From positions 1 to 43,052 of the IMG/VR virus record IMGVR_UViG_3300005512_000081: a DNA stretch of 43,052 bases; one strand, 5' to 3'. The notes below the pieces were generated by a model. The model did not search any database. It saw only the letters and a program-made list of their open reading frames with translations, and had not been told where the DNA came from. This DNA comes from a virus (taxonomy: Duplodnaviria; Caudoviricetes). Shown here piece after piece: positions 8,789-18,312 of the stretch. The translations under genes and the position numbers were made by a program. Within the stretch, counting starts at the first letter, position 1, and each line of letters starts with the position of its first letter.

Positions 8789-8793
8789 TTTTT

Positions 8794-9642
8794 TTACCTC
8801 TTAACAAATTTTGCGTACTCTTCAAGCGGTACGTTTAACTTTTTTGCCATTGCTACCTCGGAAGGTGACAATCGCACTTCTTTACCTTTAGCCCCAGTTG
8901 AAATTCTACTAGCACCTGCAACAGTCTGGGATGCCCGTTGCTTAGTGAACTTTTGAGGGAAATTTTCTTTCAACCTCTTGTCTATTTCAGTGTAATATTC
9001 ATCGGATTTTGGGTCAAATCCTTCATTCACCAAATCTTCATGTATGGCTTTGGCTCCGTTGGTCATTACTCTGTCTTCACCAAACCATTTGTTCTTCTCA
9101 GCCCATTGTAAAGCCTTTTCATCAGGCTGTACAGTTCTTGGCTGTTGGTAGTTTTGTAGAATTGGTTGATTAGTTGGTGCTGCAGCTCGTGCTGCGGCTG
9201 CGGATTCGGCTTGCTGTTTAGCCAATCTCAATCTTTCTTTTTCAATAGACAATTGTGAAATTAAACTTTGAGCCTCAACCATTTTATCAACATCGCCTGA
9301 TTCATGGGCTGACTTATACAAAGTCTTAGCATCGTTAAATTGCGATGTAATTCTAGCTTCGTATTCTTTTTGGTAGCCTGTATCTAAGCTGTTGTATTTA
9401 TTCTTAAGGTCATCGTTTTCTTTTTTAAGTTGTTGGGCGTAGTTATAAGCAGATACTCTTGCTCTTTCTTCTTCACGCCATTTCCTTGTCAATTCATTTA
9501 TTCTTTTTTGAACGCCTGAATCGTGTTTCTGTAATCGGTCTTCATCAGAATCATCGCTAAAATCATCTGCTTCTAATTGCTCTTCTTGTTGCTCTTCAAT
9601 TTGTTCTTCTTCAACAATAACAGCTTTTGCTTCTTCACTCAT
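8794..9642 (-). CDS. capsid scaffolding protein
   Basis: Acidic N-terminus, coiled coil (VQKRINELT), WAEKN.WFG, C-terminal V.LS.SEVA.AKKL.VPLEEYAK. Confidence 0.75.
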   Translation of the reverse strand: MSEEAKAVIVEEEQIEEQQEEQLEADDFSDDSDEDRLQKHDSGVQKRINELTRKWREEERARVSAYNYAQQLKKENDDLKNKYNSLDTGYQKEYEARITSQFNDAKTLYKSAHESGDVDKMVEAQSLISQLSIEKERLRLAKQQAESAAAARAAAPTNQPILQNYQQPRTVQPDEKALQWAEKNKWFGEDRVMTNGAKAIHEDLVNEGFDPKSDEYYTEIDKRLKENFPQKFTKQRASQTVAGASRISTGAKGKEVRLSPSEVAMAKKLNVPLEEYAKFVKR

Positions 9643-9650
9643 TTTTTCTC

Positions 9651-10076
9651 CTATAAAGTTTTAATGTCGTCTGGATGTCCGATGGTTCCAATAACATCGT
9701 CATCATTAATTATTCTGCATTCGGCATCGTCTTCAAGCCTAAATCTTAGTCCGGAATATCGACCAAATATAATCCAGTCGCCTTCCTTACACCAAGGTTT
9801 ATCAAACTTGTCGTCTTTATATGCAAGAGGTCCAACTTTCAGGACATATCCTGTCACAGTTGCTGCACCTTCTCTATCTATGGTTTCCTTTACCAATTGA
9901 ATGCCACCTTCGGTCTGGCCTTTGCCACGATAAGGCAATATTAATAGCCGCCATCCAGATGGATTTGGTAAACGTTCTATAAGGGATTTATCGAGTTTGC
10001 TCGGGTCTAATACTAAATCACTAGAATCGACATAAGCATCGTCAATTTTCGAAGTCGTCTTCGTATCGCTCATCAT
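9651..10076 (-). CDS. groES: GroES-like co-chaperonin
   Basis: P.GWRLLILP...TEGGI.L...V..VGP.AY...PWCKEGDW..FGRYSG...IINDDDVIG. Confidence 0.85.
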   Translation of the reverse strand: MMSDTKTTSKIDDAYVDSSDLVLDPSKLDKSLIERLPNPSGWRLLILPYRGKGQTEGGIQLVKETIDREGAATVTGYVLKVGPLAYKDDKFDKPWCKEGDWIIFGRYSGLRFRLEDDAECRIINDDDVIGTIGHPDDIKTL

Positions 10077-10254
10077 TTCTCCTAAGCAGGTCTTTTATAA
10101 AGCGTTCTATAGAAGAAAGACCTGTATTTTCTCCTACTAAGAACTGATAATGAGCCATATCTTTAATGCCTCCCGACATTAGGGTTTCAGAGATGCTTGT
10201 TCTTGCTTCTCTAATCTCTTTCAAAACTTTCTTTGCGATGTATAAACCATCCAT
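10042..10254 (-). CDS. hypothetical protein (probable start ATG 10254)
   Basis: MDGLYIAKK...GGIKDMAHYQFLVG; the typical small gene upstream of phage GroES. Confidence 0.7.
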   Translation of the reverse strand: MDGLYIAKKVLKEIREARTSISETLMSGGIKDMAHYQFLVGENTGLSSIERFIKDLLRRNDERYEDDFEN

Positions 10255-10262
10255 TACAGGCA

Positions 10263-10292
10263 ATCATATATGATGATTTAAAGTAATGTCAA
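10263..10292 (-). promoter_or_regulatory. sigma70-type promoter for the head-assembly operon
   Basis: TTGACA-18-TATGAT on the minus strand. Confidence 0.6.
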
Positions 10293-10307
10293 GTTTGCTT
10301 AAATTAT

Positions 10308-12017
10308 TTATCTTTTAAAGAATTGTCCTAAGCCCGCAGCTGCTCCTTGTAAGCCAGATAAAGTTGGAAACTGTTGGTTTAGTTGGGCTCTGATTTGAGC
10401 TTTTAATATTTCCTCTTGCTCAGGAGTTAATTGAATGTCTGTTGGCGGTTGTGCTGCTGGTTCTGTCAAAGCTGGTCCCATAGCCCCCGGTCCTTTTGGT
10501 GGGGTGAAGGGCTCTGTACCACCCGGTTGTGTGACTGGTGGCTCTGGCACAACTGGTGGCTCTGGTATTACAGGTGGCATAGGTGGCATTATTGATGTAT
10601 CAAATGGGTCTGGCAATTGTTTTTCAGGAGGCCCATAAGGTGGAGATGGTGGTGTTGGTTCCGGTGTTGGTAATGGTGGCAATGGTGGTAGTGTTGGTGC
10701 CGGGGTTGGTTCAGGAGTAGGTTCCGGAGTAGGAGCCGGAGTAGGAGCTGGTGTAGGAGCTGGTGTTGGGGCTGGTGTCGGTGCCGGAGTTGGGGCTGGT
10801 GTAGGAGCTGGTGTAGGAGCTGGTGTTGGGGCTGGTGTTGGGGCTGGTGTGGGTTCAGGAGCCGGGGTTGGCATAGGTCGCCCATAATTAAAATAATAGT
10901 CAAACTGGTCCGGGTCCATTTCAAAACGATTGCCTGCAAAATCGTAATAGACACCACCATAATCTCTAGCAATTGTAATCTTGTCGCCCAAGTCCAAATC
11001 AGCATAAGTTTCATCCTCTGGCAAATAATAACCTTCTGGCCTAGGTGCAGGTGTTGGTGGTGGCGGTGGTGCCGGAGTAGGGGCTGGAGTAGGCTGAGGC
11101 GTAGGCTGTGGTGTTGGCTGTGGTGTTGGCTGTGGTGTTGGCTGAGGTGTAGGTTGCGGTGTAGGTTGCGGAGCAGTAGTTGGTGCTGGGGTTGGCTCAA
11201 TGTATGGTGGTGGAGTTGGTGCTGGTGTTGGTGTTGGGGCTGGCATAGGCTCTGGTGGAGTTATTATTGGCGGCATTGTTGGTGCAGGTGTTGGTACTGG
11301 AGGAGGGGTTGGGTCTGGTGTTTGTTGCCCATAAAATTGTGTTGGGTCAACAGTAAATGTTGGTGCAAAAAATTGCCCGATTCCTGCTATATCTCCAACC
11401 TGCCCATAGCCTTCCGGACCTGCTTGGTAACCAAAATAAGGTAAGCCTGTGCCGTATTGTTGTTCAGCATACAAACCAGAGCCTTGTATCGGGACCATTT
11501 CTCCAGTCATTGGATTGTATATTTCAGTAACTCCTTCGCCTGCTAAAGCATTGTAGTAGTCTTGGTAAAACTTCTGCATTTCTGCAGCTCTTTGTTGTTG
11601 TTCTTCTGTTATGCCACCAGCAAAAGAACCAACAAATGATTGTAAAAAGTTTTGTAAGTCTGAATCTGCTGCTGTGCCTCCGCCTGAAGTGCCACCTGAA
11701 GTGCCACCTGAAGTGCCACCGCCGCCTTCACTTGAACCAAAAGCCAATGAATTGATGTATTGTTCAACTGCTCCATAAGGTGCCCCTTGAGACACCATGT
11801 TTAAAATTGAATTTATTTGGTCATCGGTAAATTGCGGGTATAAATCTCTTAAATAAGAAGCAGTAAAAATACTGGTATCTGTTCCAGTATTGAAAGCAAG
11901 GTATCTTTGGAAGGCTCTATCAAGTTCTTCAGTAGAAGCACCTAATTCTGCCATACGCATAAGTTCTTCGGCTTGTTCAGCCGTCAAACCAGCATTAATA
12001 TAGCCTTCGTAGTTCAT
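10308..12017 (-). CDS. Pro/Thr-rich low-complexity protein, probably virion-associated
   Basis: 569 aa with PTPA/PTPQ tandem tracts and GGTS repeats. Confidence 0.8.
   Translation of the reverse strand: MNYEGYINAGLTAEQAEELMRMAELGASTEELDRAFQRYLAFNTGTDTSIFTASYLRDLYPQFTDDQINSILNMVSQGAPYGAVEQYINSLAFGSSEGGGGTSGGTSGGTSGGGTAADSDLQNFLQSFVGSFAGGITEEQQQRAAEMQKFYQDYYNALAGEGVTEIYNPMTGEMVPIQGSGLYAEQQYGTGLPYFGYQAGPEGYGQVGDIAGIGQFFAPTFTVDPTQFYGQQTPDPTPPPVPTPAPTMPPIITPPEPMPAPTPTPAPTPPPYIEPTPAPTTAPQPTPQPTPQPTPQPTPQPTPQPTPQPTPAPTPAPPPPPTPAPRPEGYYLPEDETYADLDLGDKITIARDYGGVYYDFAGNRFEMDPDQFDYYFNYGRPMPTPAPEPTPAPTPAPTPAPTPAPTPAPTPAPTPAPTPAPTPAPTPAPTPEPTPEPTPAPTLPPLPPLPTPEPTPPSPPYGPPEKQLPDPFDTSIMPPMPPVIPEPPVVPEPPVTQPGGTEPFTPPKGPGAMGPALTEPAAQPPTDIQLTPEQEEILKAQIRAQLNQQFPTLSGLQGAAAGLGQFFKR
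10696..10870 (-). repeat. 12-nt tandem repeats encoding PTPA/PTPE
   Basis: ggagctggtgta / ggggctggtgtt units with synonymous variation. Confidence 0.9.
11041..11240 (-). repeat. 12-nt tandem repeats encoding PTPQ/PTPA
   Basis: ggctgtggtgtt units. Confidence 0.85.
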
Positions 12018-12020
12018 AGC

Positions 12021-12317
12021 TTAAAAAATACCTTTAAACTTAAATCCTCTTTCTGCTATACCTTTTGCTCGACTTACGCCACTGCCCATACCGGGTTCTG
12101 GTTTGTCTGAAACCTTAATTTTTTCGGATGAAGCATAAGGCACCATACCTTGACCTTTTATGTCAACGCCGTTTTTAAATTTTTTATTTTCCACATTTCC
12201 TCCTGTGTTTAATTTTTTTCTTCTTTGCATATCCAAAGCGATAGCAACGGCTTGTTTCTGAGGTTTACCCTCAGAGCGTAATAAAGATATTTTTTTTGAA
12301 ACTTTATCTTTAGCCAT
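12021..12317 (-). CDS. small basic protein downstream of portal
   Basis: KKIS.L..EGKPQKQAVAIAL motif and C-terminal G.A.RG.KFKGIF. Confidence 0.75.
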   Translation of the reverse strand: MAKDKVSKKISLLRSEGKPQKQAVAIALDMQRRKKLNTGGNVENKKFKNGVDIKGQGMVPYASSEKIKVSDKPEPGMGSGVSRAKGIAERGFKFKGIF

Positions 12318-14728
12318 TACCTGCCTCTTTGTATATCAAATAATTTAAATCGCTCTGCTTGGTCGAGCCTTTCTTGAGCAAGCCTAATCCTTTCAGCTTG
12401 GATTGCAGCATTCTGTTGTAGTCGCTGTTCAGCTAACTGGGCATCGTCCAGATTTTCTTGCTGGTCGATTTGTGCATCCAATTGGTCTTTCTGAGCTTTA
12501 CGTTGAATGTCCTGTGCTCTTAATTCTAACTCTTGTTGCCTTAGTTGTACAAGTGGGTCAGGCTGTTGAGGTGGTTGTAATGATTGAGCAAACTGCCCCA
12601 TCTGTTGAGCCAAGTTCATAGCCTTCATATTATCATACTGTAAAGCAAATTCATCATCGGACAATCCTGCCAACTGTTGTTGTATTTCTGGGTTGGCTAG
12701 TTGAGCTTCTATTTCTAGTTCGGCTTTAAATACCATGTGCTCAAATATGTGGGCCTGTAGCATTCCCATACCCTGTGGATTTTGTTGGACCAAAGGTGTG
12801 CTCATAAAAGCCATGTGTACTTGAATGTGAGCATCGTGATTTTGTTCTTTAAATGCTTTTGGTTCAATACCTTTAATCATTAAGTTGGCATTTTCTGTTA
12901 CTGGGTCGGTTGGGACTTGTTCTTCTGGTTGTTTTAAATAACGGTCTGGGTCCTCAACACCTAAAGAGGCATACATATCTCGGTAAGCTTCGTAAATACC
13001 TTCTTGTGAATGGACGTTGGGATTGCTATTGACCAATTGCAGTCTTTCTTGTGCCAGCATAATACGTTGCGACATAGAAAAAATGTTGGGGTCTGACACT
13101 GGAACAATGTCCACTCGGTCATCAAAGTCTGACTTTTTGACTGCTCTATCGGCACCAGCTACTTCGTAGGGGTATATTTCTGGTAACTGTTCACCAAATA
13201 TCTTGGCTAGTAATTTAAACTCAATTTTTTGAGCATAATGCATTCTTTTGTGTATGGCCGACATAACTTTGGTGCCTTTTTCCAATAAAGCTATGGTTGT
13301 CCCGACTGGCATGGCTTGGTTGGCATCGCCAACTTGCATATCGGCTATGGCCGCAAACCTTTTACCAGAATCAACCAACAATCCTAATAAGGAAAGTAAA
13401 GTCCCCGATGGCTCCTTGAATGGGAGTGGGATAAGGGAGTCTCTAAGAGAACCACCGGGAGCATCTACGTCTCTAAATTCGCCGGGTTGCAATGGGGTGT
13501 CGTCGTCTCTGACTCTAACACCTCTGGCTTTAAACCCTGCAGGTAAATTGGCTAGTGTTCCTGCATCTATCAATTGTCTTAGTATTGAAGTTGATGCTTT
13601 GGACAAACCACCAATCATGTGCGTTAAACCAAAACCATAAAAACCTAAACCGGGCAGGAATTTATAATGCACAAAATAATTTATCTTTTTCTTTAATGGG
13701 TCATCTGGATTGTAGTTTCTTCTAATGGATAAAACTTGGCCATTGTCTTTGCAAATGGTAACGATGTAAGGCAACTTAATACCAGTTGCACCATCTTCAT
13801 TGGTATCTTCAAAACCGGGAATGTCTAAATCGCAATGGCATTCTAAAAGTTCAACCATTTCATTTTGACCTCTCATGCCTGATAGTTCATCTATCTCTTC
13901 GTCTATGCCGGACTCTTGGCCATAACCGGGCATTAAAGGCACATCACGATAAAAACCAACCGACATTAATTTTTTAACTTCGTTCTCTGGCATCTTCACC
14001 AAATGAGTTACTCGTGGTGAGCTTAGTATGTCGGTAGCTCCATAAGGCACGTATAAATCTTCGGAAGGCACAAACTTAGAAACTGCTCGTCCTAAGTTTT
14101 GGTCGTAATAGACTTTCTTAAAAGCTGACCCTGATAGAGGTAAGTAAAACAAGAGTTGGTCGAGCTCAGGGTCATACTCTTCCATCTTGACCATGATTTC
14201 ATAGTTCATGTAATCTTTGACTCTTTGGGCTTGCTTTTCTTTTTCAATGTCTTTGTCGCCGACTATTTGAGTTTTGACTGGGCCACTGGCTGGCAATAGT
14301 TCTTTGTAGGCTTGGGCTTGGAATTGCGTTACCGATTCAGATAAAAGGGGGTGAATAACACCAGAAGCACCTTCAAATGGCTCACTTCTTTCGTCATCAA
14401 ACTTCATGCCTAAGTATTTCAGGCCATCGGTATAGGTTTTTTCCCAATCTTGACGGGATTGACGGTCTTCTTCGAAATACTCTTCTATTTCTGAAGCAAT
14501 AAGCATCAGTTCCATCTCATCAATGACTTCAGCCAGATTGCTTTCAAAAGATGTATCAAGTTCAGTAATTTCAGTCATGGCTCCGAATATGACAGAGCCA
14601 TCTTCCTGAAGTACGCCTTCACCTAAGTCTTCTTGTTCTTCTTCAACTTTTAATTTAATTTCATTTGATTGGTCTTCGACTCCCAAGTCAATTTTCTCTT
14701 CTCTTTCGATACTTTTTTCAATTGCCAT
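12317..14728 (-). CDS. portal protein
   Basis: 803 aa after TerL; EPFEGASGV.HP.L.E.VTQFQA.AYKELLP..GPV and PGLGFYGFGL.H.IGGL motifs; Gln-rich coiled-coil tail. Confidence 0.9.
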   Translation of the reverse strand: MAIEKSIEREEKIDLGVEDQSNEIKLKVEEEQEDLGEGVLQEDGSVIFGAMTEITELDTSFESNLAEVIDEMELMLIASEIEEYFEEDRQSRQDWEKTYTDGLKYLGMKFDDERSEPFEGASGVIHPLLSESVTQFQAQAYKELLPASGPVKTQIVGDKDIEKEKQAQRVKDYMNYEIMVKMEEYDPELDQLLFYLPLSGSAFKKVYYDQNLGRAVSKFVPSEDLYVPYGATDILSSPRVTHLVKMPENEVKKLMSVGFYRDVPLMPGYGQESGIDEEIDELSGMRGQNEMVELLECHCDLDIPGFEDTNEDGATGIKLPYIVTICKDNGQVLSIRRNYNPDDPLKKKINYFVHYKFLPGLGFYGFGLTHMIGGLSKASTSILRQLIDAGTLANLPAGFKARGVRVRDDDTPLQPGEFRDVDAPGGSLRDSLIPLPFKEPSGTLLSLLGLLVDSGKRFAAIADMQVGDANQAMPVGTTIALLEKGTKVMSAIHKRMHYAQKIEFKLLAKIFGEQLPEIYPYEVAGADRAVKKSDFDDRVDIVPVSDPNIFSMSQRIMLAQERLQLVNSNPNVHSQEGIYEAYRDMYASLGVEDPDRYLKQPEEQVPTDPVTENANLMIKGIEPKAFKEQNHDAHIQVHMAFMSTPLVQQNPQGMGMLQAHIFEHMVFKAELEIEAQLANPEIQQQLAGLSDDEFALQYDNMKAMNLAQQMGQFAQSLQPPQQPDPLVQLRQQELELRAQDIQRKAQKDQLDAQIDQQENLDDAQLAEQRLQQNAAIQAERIRLAQERLDQAERFKLFDIQRGR

Positions 14729-14808
14729 TATTTTATCCTTCTACCTATTAAATAAAGTATAAACAATATTCCCAATATAAACCCAAAAAGGAAATACCAC
14801 CACTCCAT
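14728..14808 (-). CDS. 26-aa single-pass membrane micropeptide (not in ORF track)
   Basis: MEWWYFLFGFILGILFILYLIGRRIK; TAATG-coupled at both ends. Confidence 0.6.
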   Translation of the reverse strand: MEWWYFLFGFILGILFILYLIGRRIK

Positions 14809-15281
14809 TAGCTTATTTTTTTATCGTCATCCAGAGGACCGCCAGATACCCATGCTTCGCAAGTTCTTTCTGCAGCACATTTAAACTTTAAAAACTGGCA
14901 GTAACCCAATTCACCAGCATCAATAACATCCAATGGGTCTTCGCCTTCGTCGTCACCAATGCCTTCAGCTATGCATTCTTTCATAGCGGATGTGACATTG
15001 AAAGCTGCACAGTTACCACAACGGGCTTTTTTGACATCGTCGACAGGCTCGTCCCACATTTCAGCCAAGCCTTCCCAATATTCTTCTGAAGGTTCGTTGG
15101 GATTCATTGGTCCATAGTAATGGTCATCAATCGCTTGCTGTCTGTTTTCCAAATTAACTTCAATGTCTTGAGTTGGTAAAGGACAACCTTTAACCATATC
15201 GTCAACTAAAGTGCCGGAATGTTCGTGCTCTTCTTCAACTTCGCCCTTCATTATGACGATTTTTATAATTTCTTCACTCAT
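14808..15281 (-). CDS. Cys-rich acidic protein, possible metal/Fe-S binding
   Basis: RCGNCAAF...GYCQFLKFKCAAERTCEAW. Confidence 0.7.
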   Translation of the reverse strand: MSEEIIKIVIMKGEVEEEHEHSGTLVDDMVKGCPLPTQDIEVNLENRQQAIDDHYYGPMNPNEPSEEYWEGLAEMWDEPVDDVKKARCGNCAAFNVTSAMKECIAEGIGDDEGEDPLDVIDAGELGYCQFLKFKCAAERTCEAWVSGGPLDDDKKIS

Positions 15282-16768
15282 TAGTAATAAACCCTCTTTC
15301 TAAGTAGCCGGTCTTCTTCAATCATATCCGAATCCAAAGTCACAAAGCCACCTTGTCTGAATCTCATTATAGCTTGTGTCATGGAATCTACAAAGTCATC
15401 GTTTTCCCCATAAGGAAACGAAGCACATTCCTCAATAACCTCTTCGGCAAATCTTTGGTCAATGGGGGCATAAACCTTACCACTTTCAAAGACTGGCGAA
15501 ACGGCATGAACCCTAGCTACTTTATCTTGTCCTCTGGTTGGAGTGTAGTTTACCACAGGAATACCAACATTACGCAACTCATGTGTCAAAGGCATACCTG
15601 AGGCTTTGGCCTCAATTAAAACCATATCGGGGTCCCAATACTTGTATTCGTCGTAGCCAATTCTTTTTAATTCAGGGAAATCCCAACGACCTTTGCGGGC
15701 ATCTATCAAAATAATCGCCTGTTCGCCGGCAGGAGTTGTAAAAACACCCCAAGTAGTAATTGCACTGTAGTCGGCAGTCTCTTTCTTAGAGTAAGCGGTA
15801 TCGTAGGACTGAATAATGTATTCCACAGCAGGTAATTCTTTGCCTTCCCAGCGTTCCCACCACTCACGTTTAATAATCGCCCCTTCTTCCGCTGTGGGAT
15901 TTTGCATCCACTGAGCATTCCATTTTGCGATTGGTAAGGAAGCTTTGACCTTAAGCAGCTCGTCTTTGGACCAGAAATCGGACCAGAGTGGTTGGTCGTC
16001 TTCCAACATGGCGGGAAACTCTACCACATCCCATTGGTCGGCAAATTGGTCGGACTGGGACTTTATCAAACGGGCTGTTAAATCAATGGTACTCCATCTG
16101 GTCATCACAACAATGATGGCACCACCCGGTTGCAAACGCTGACGTGGTCCTGAGGAATACCAATCCCAACAATGTTGTAATAGATTGGGTGAAAGAGCGT
16201 CTTGTTCTGAATGTGGGTCGTCAATAATCAATAAATCGGCACCACGTCCGGTAACGGCACCCCCGACACCAGCAGCGAAATACTCACCGCCCTTATTAGT
16301 GGACCAACGGCCCGCTGATTTGTTGTCTTGATTTAGCGTCACTTGAGGGAATATCATCTTAAATTCATCGGAATCAACGATGTTTCTGACTTTACGGCCA
16401 AAACCGACAGCCAATTCCCCTGTGTGGGTGGTGTGCATTATCTTCTTTTCAGGGTATTTGCCAATAAACCAAGCTGGAAAGTGTATCGAAGCTAGTTCGG
16501 ACTTACCATGACGGGGTGGGACATTGATAATCAGACGCTTAATTTTACCTTCCGCTATCTGTTGGAACTTCTCGGCAAAGATTTTATGATGGGCTCCGCA
16601 CTTAAAACCATCCCAAACGTTCTTAACGAAGTCCAAAAACCCTGCTTGGGATGAGTCCCTCTGGACCAATCTTTTGTAGTGGTTCTGTAACTCCAATAAT
16701 TGGTGTAGTTCTTCTTTTAAGTGATTTGGTATTTGCTTATCTGGAGGAACAGGATTCTTTACTGCCAT
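15281..16768 (-). CDS. terL: terminase large subunit
   Basis: Walker A PPRHGKS, Walker B LLIIDD, VMTRW coupling motif, RNase H-like SYDTA...DYSA...IEAKASG...DDFVDS. Confidence 0.95.
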   Translation of the reverse strand: MAVKNPVPPDKQIPNHLKEELHQLLELQNHYKRLVQRDSSQAGFLDFVKNVWDGFKCGAHHKIFAEKFQQIAEGKIKRLIINVPPRHGKSELASIHFPAWFIGKYPEKKIMHTTHTGELAVGFGRKVRNIVDSDEFKMIFPQVTLNQDNKSAGRWSTNKGGEYFAAGVGGAVTGRGADLLIIDDPHSEQDALSPNLLQHCWDWYSSGPRQRLQPGGAIIVVMTRWSTIDLTARLIKSQSDQFADQWDVVEFPAMLEDDQPLWSDFWSKDELLKVKASLPIAKWNAQWMQNPTAEEGAIIKREWWERWEGKELPAVEYIIQSYDTAYSKKETADYSAITTWGVFTTPAGEQAIILIDARKGRWDFPELKRIGYDEYKYWDPDMVLIEAKASGMPLTHELRNVGIPVVNYTPTRGQDKVARVHAVSPVFESGKVYAPIDQRFAEEVIEECASFPYGENDDFVDSMTQAIMRFRQGGFVTLDSDMIEEDRLLRKRVYY

Positions 16769-16793
16769 TTAACTTTAGTTTGGTGTTGGCTTG

Positions 16794-16822
16794 ATGATAA
16801 AGTGCTTTTGAGTTTTTTGCAA
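16794..16822 (-). promoter_or_regulatory. sigma70-type promoter for terL
   Basis: TTGCAA-17-TATCAT on the minus strand. Confidence 0.65.
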
Positions 16823-17208
16823 TTTCGTTAGGGAACCTAGATAGGATTCCTACTTTTTTTTCTGGTGTTTGAGTTAGGGGTTAAGTATATCTATACACAG
16901 GTACTACCCAATATATATATCTCTGGGGTGTCCCATTTTTAAAGGGCTGCAGCCAATTTTCCTTAAACTCTCTATGATTCTAAGCCCTTTATAGCTACTG
17001 TATATATAAACACCATCATTAAAGCCTCTTATTTACATTCTAACGCTAGTATTTAATCAAGGTATGCATAGACATAGGGCAAGTTATTATCTTTGCTTGT
17101 AGGTGGTGTGTTTCTTTGTGCTGTAGATTTGCTGAGTTAAACAGAGAAGCGAAGGGAATGCTATTAATCACCGCAACCAATCTCACAAGGTAAAGAAACA
17201 ACAGGCAC

Positions 17209-17233
17209 AAAAAAGGGCTAGATAACTAGCCCT
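17209..17233 (-). terminator. intrinsic terminator after ardC
   Basis: AGGGCTAG-TTAT-CTAGCCCT followed by a T run. Confidence 0.85.
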
Positions 17234-17253
17234 CTAAAGTCCTAGATTGAGTT

Positions 17254-18108
17254 CTAGGCTACTGCTCTATCCTCACTAGCTATTTGCATAGCGTCGAGAT
17301 AATCCACCGCTTTTTGTGCCAAAGAGGAAGCACGATATAACGCCCTCTTATCCTCTCTTAATATCTGTAACCACCCATTAAGATATTTGGCATGATTGAT
17401 AGCTGGGGTTTTCTCAATCTCTAAAGCATTACATAAAAACACGCTGCCCAATTCAGCAACTAACTCTTCAAAGGCGTAAGACTTAGAGCCAAAGCCACCG
17501 CTTAAATCTCTATCGTTTCTTTTGGCGTTGCCTGTCCAATGGGTTAGTTCATGCAATAGCGTTGAGTAGTATTCCTCAACATTATCGAATTGCTCAACCT
17601 TTGGCATAGTGATTGAATCACCAGCGACTGAATAGAAAGCTCTGTCACCATCAACCAAATTAATTTTAGCCTTAGTATTTTTCACATACTGCTCAGCGTT
17701 CTCAACCAATTCAATATTGTTTTTTGCTTCTACATCTAGCGTGGTCAAATCATAGCCCTCTAACTGCTCAACATTAAACACAGTATATGTTTTCAGCATA
17801 GGTATCTTTTTTACCTTTTCATTTTCCTCAACCTCAATCATATTAAAAAATACAATCTGATTGCCCTTGCTCCCTTTCTTAACATTGTAGCCATTTTGTT
17901 TAGCCTGTTTAAAAGTACAGAAAAAAGGATACTTAAAAGACGCCATAGCAAAGGAAAGAAAAAAGATATTAATTCCTCTATATGATTTCTTTGTGAATAG
18001 ATTTCTCAATGCTCCTTTGTAGCTCCAAGGCTTAACCCAATCAGCTCCAGCAGTAGCCATAGATTCGATGACGTTATCAAGTAATTTTTCATACGTTGCG
18101 TTTTTCAT
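17254..18108 (-). CDS. ardC: ArdC-family antirestriction protein (ssDNA-binding plus zincin-like domain)
   Basis: W.KPW...YRGIN...TFKQA...VKKGSKG...VFNVEQ; AFYS...D.I.MP..QF...YYSTLLHELTHWTG...YAFEELVAELG...Y..GWL..L. Confidence 0.9.
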   Translation of the reverse strand: MKNATYEKLLDNVIESMATAGADWVKPWSYKGALRNLFTKKSYRGINIFFLSFAMASFKYPFFCTFKQAKQNGYNVKKGSKGNQIVFFNMIEVEENEKVKKIPMLKTYTVFNVEQLEGYDLTTLDVEAKNNIELVENAEQYVKNTKAKINLVDGDRAFYSVAGDSITMPKVEQFDNVEEYYSTLLHELTHWTGNAKRNDRDLSGGFGSKSYAFEELVAELGSVFLCNALEIEKTPAINHAKYLNGWLQILREDKRALYRASSLAQKAVDYLDAMQIASEDRAVA

Positions 18109-18139
18109 AATTTCTCCATATAAGTTAAAAAACTATTAT

Positions 18140-18168
18140 AGAGTACCATCATATAAGCATATGTGCAA
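18140..18168 (-). promoter_or_regulatory. sigma70 early promoter for ardC
   Basis: TTGCAC-17-TACTCT with a TG extension. Confidence 0.7.
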
Positions 18169-18184
18169 ACATTTATTTTGATAT

Positions 18185-18210
18185 AAAAAAAGGGGCTATT
18201 TCTAGCCCCT
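18185..18210 (-). terminator. intrinsic terminator
   Basis: AGGGGCTA-GAAA-TAGCCCCT followed by a T run. Confidence 0.85.
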
Positions 18211-18312
18211 CAAAAATTGGCGTTGTTCATAACTGCAATTAAGCAAACAGGAATATTCCTTTAAATCCTATCCTCTTCTTGGGATACCAATTTTTTATTG
18301 ATTTTATATAGT

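Noticed and set aside
10696-11240. Tandem repeats as a CRISPR array
   Set aside because: The units are contiguous 12-nt in-frame coding repeats with no spacers, and there are no cas genes.
10589-11444. His/Gln-rich ORF 10589..11200 (-) and Trp/Cys-rich ORF 11154..11444 (+)
   Set aside because: These are alternative-frame shadows of the PT-repeat DNA, with no SD or independent evidence.
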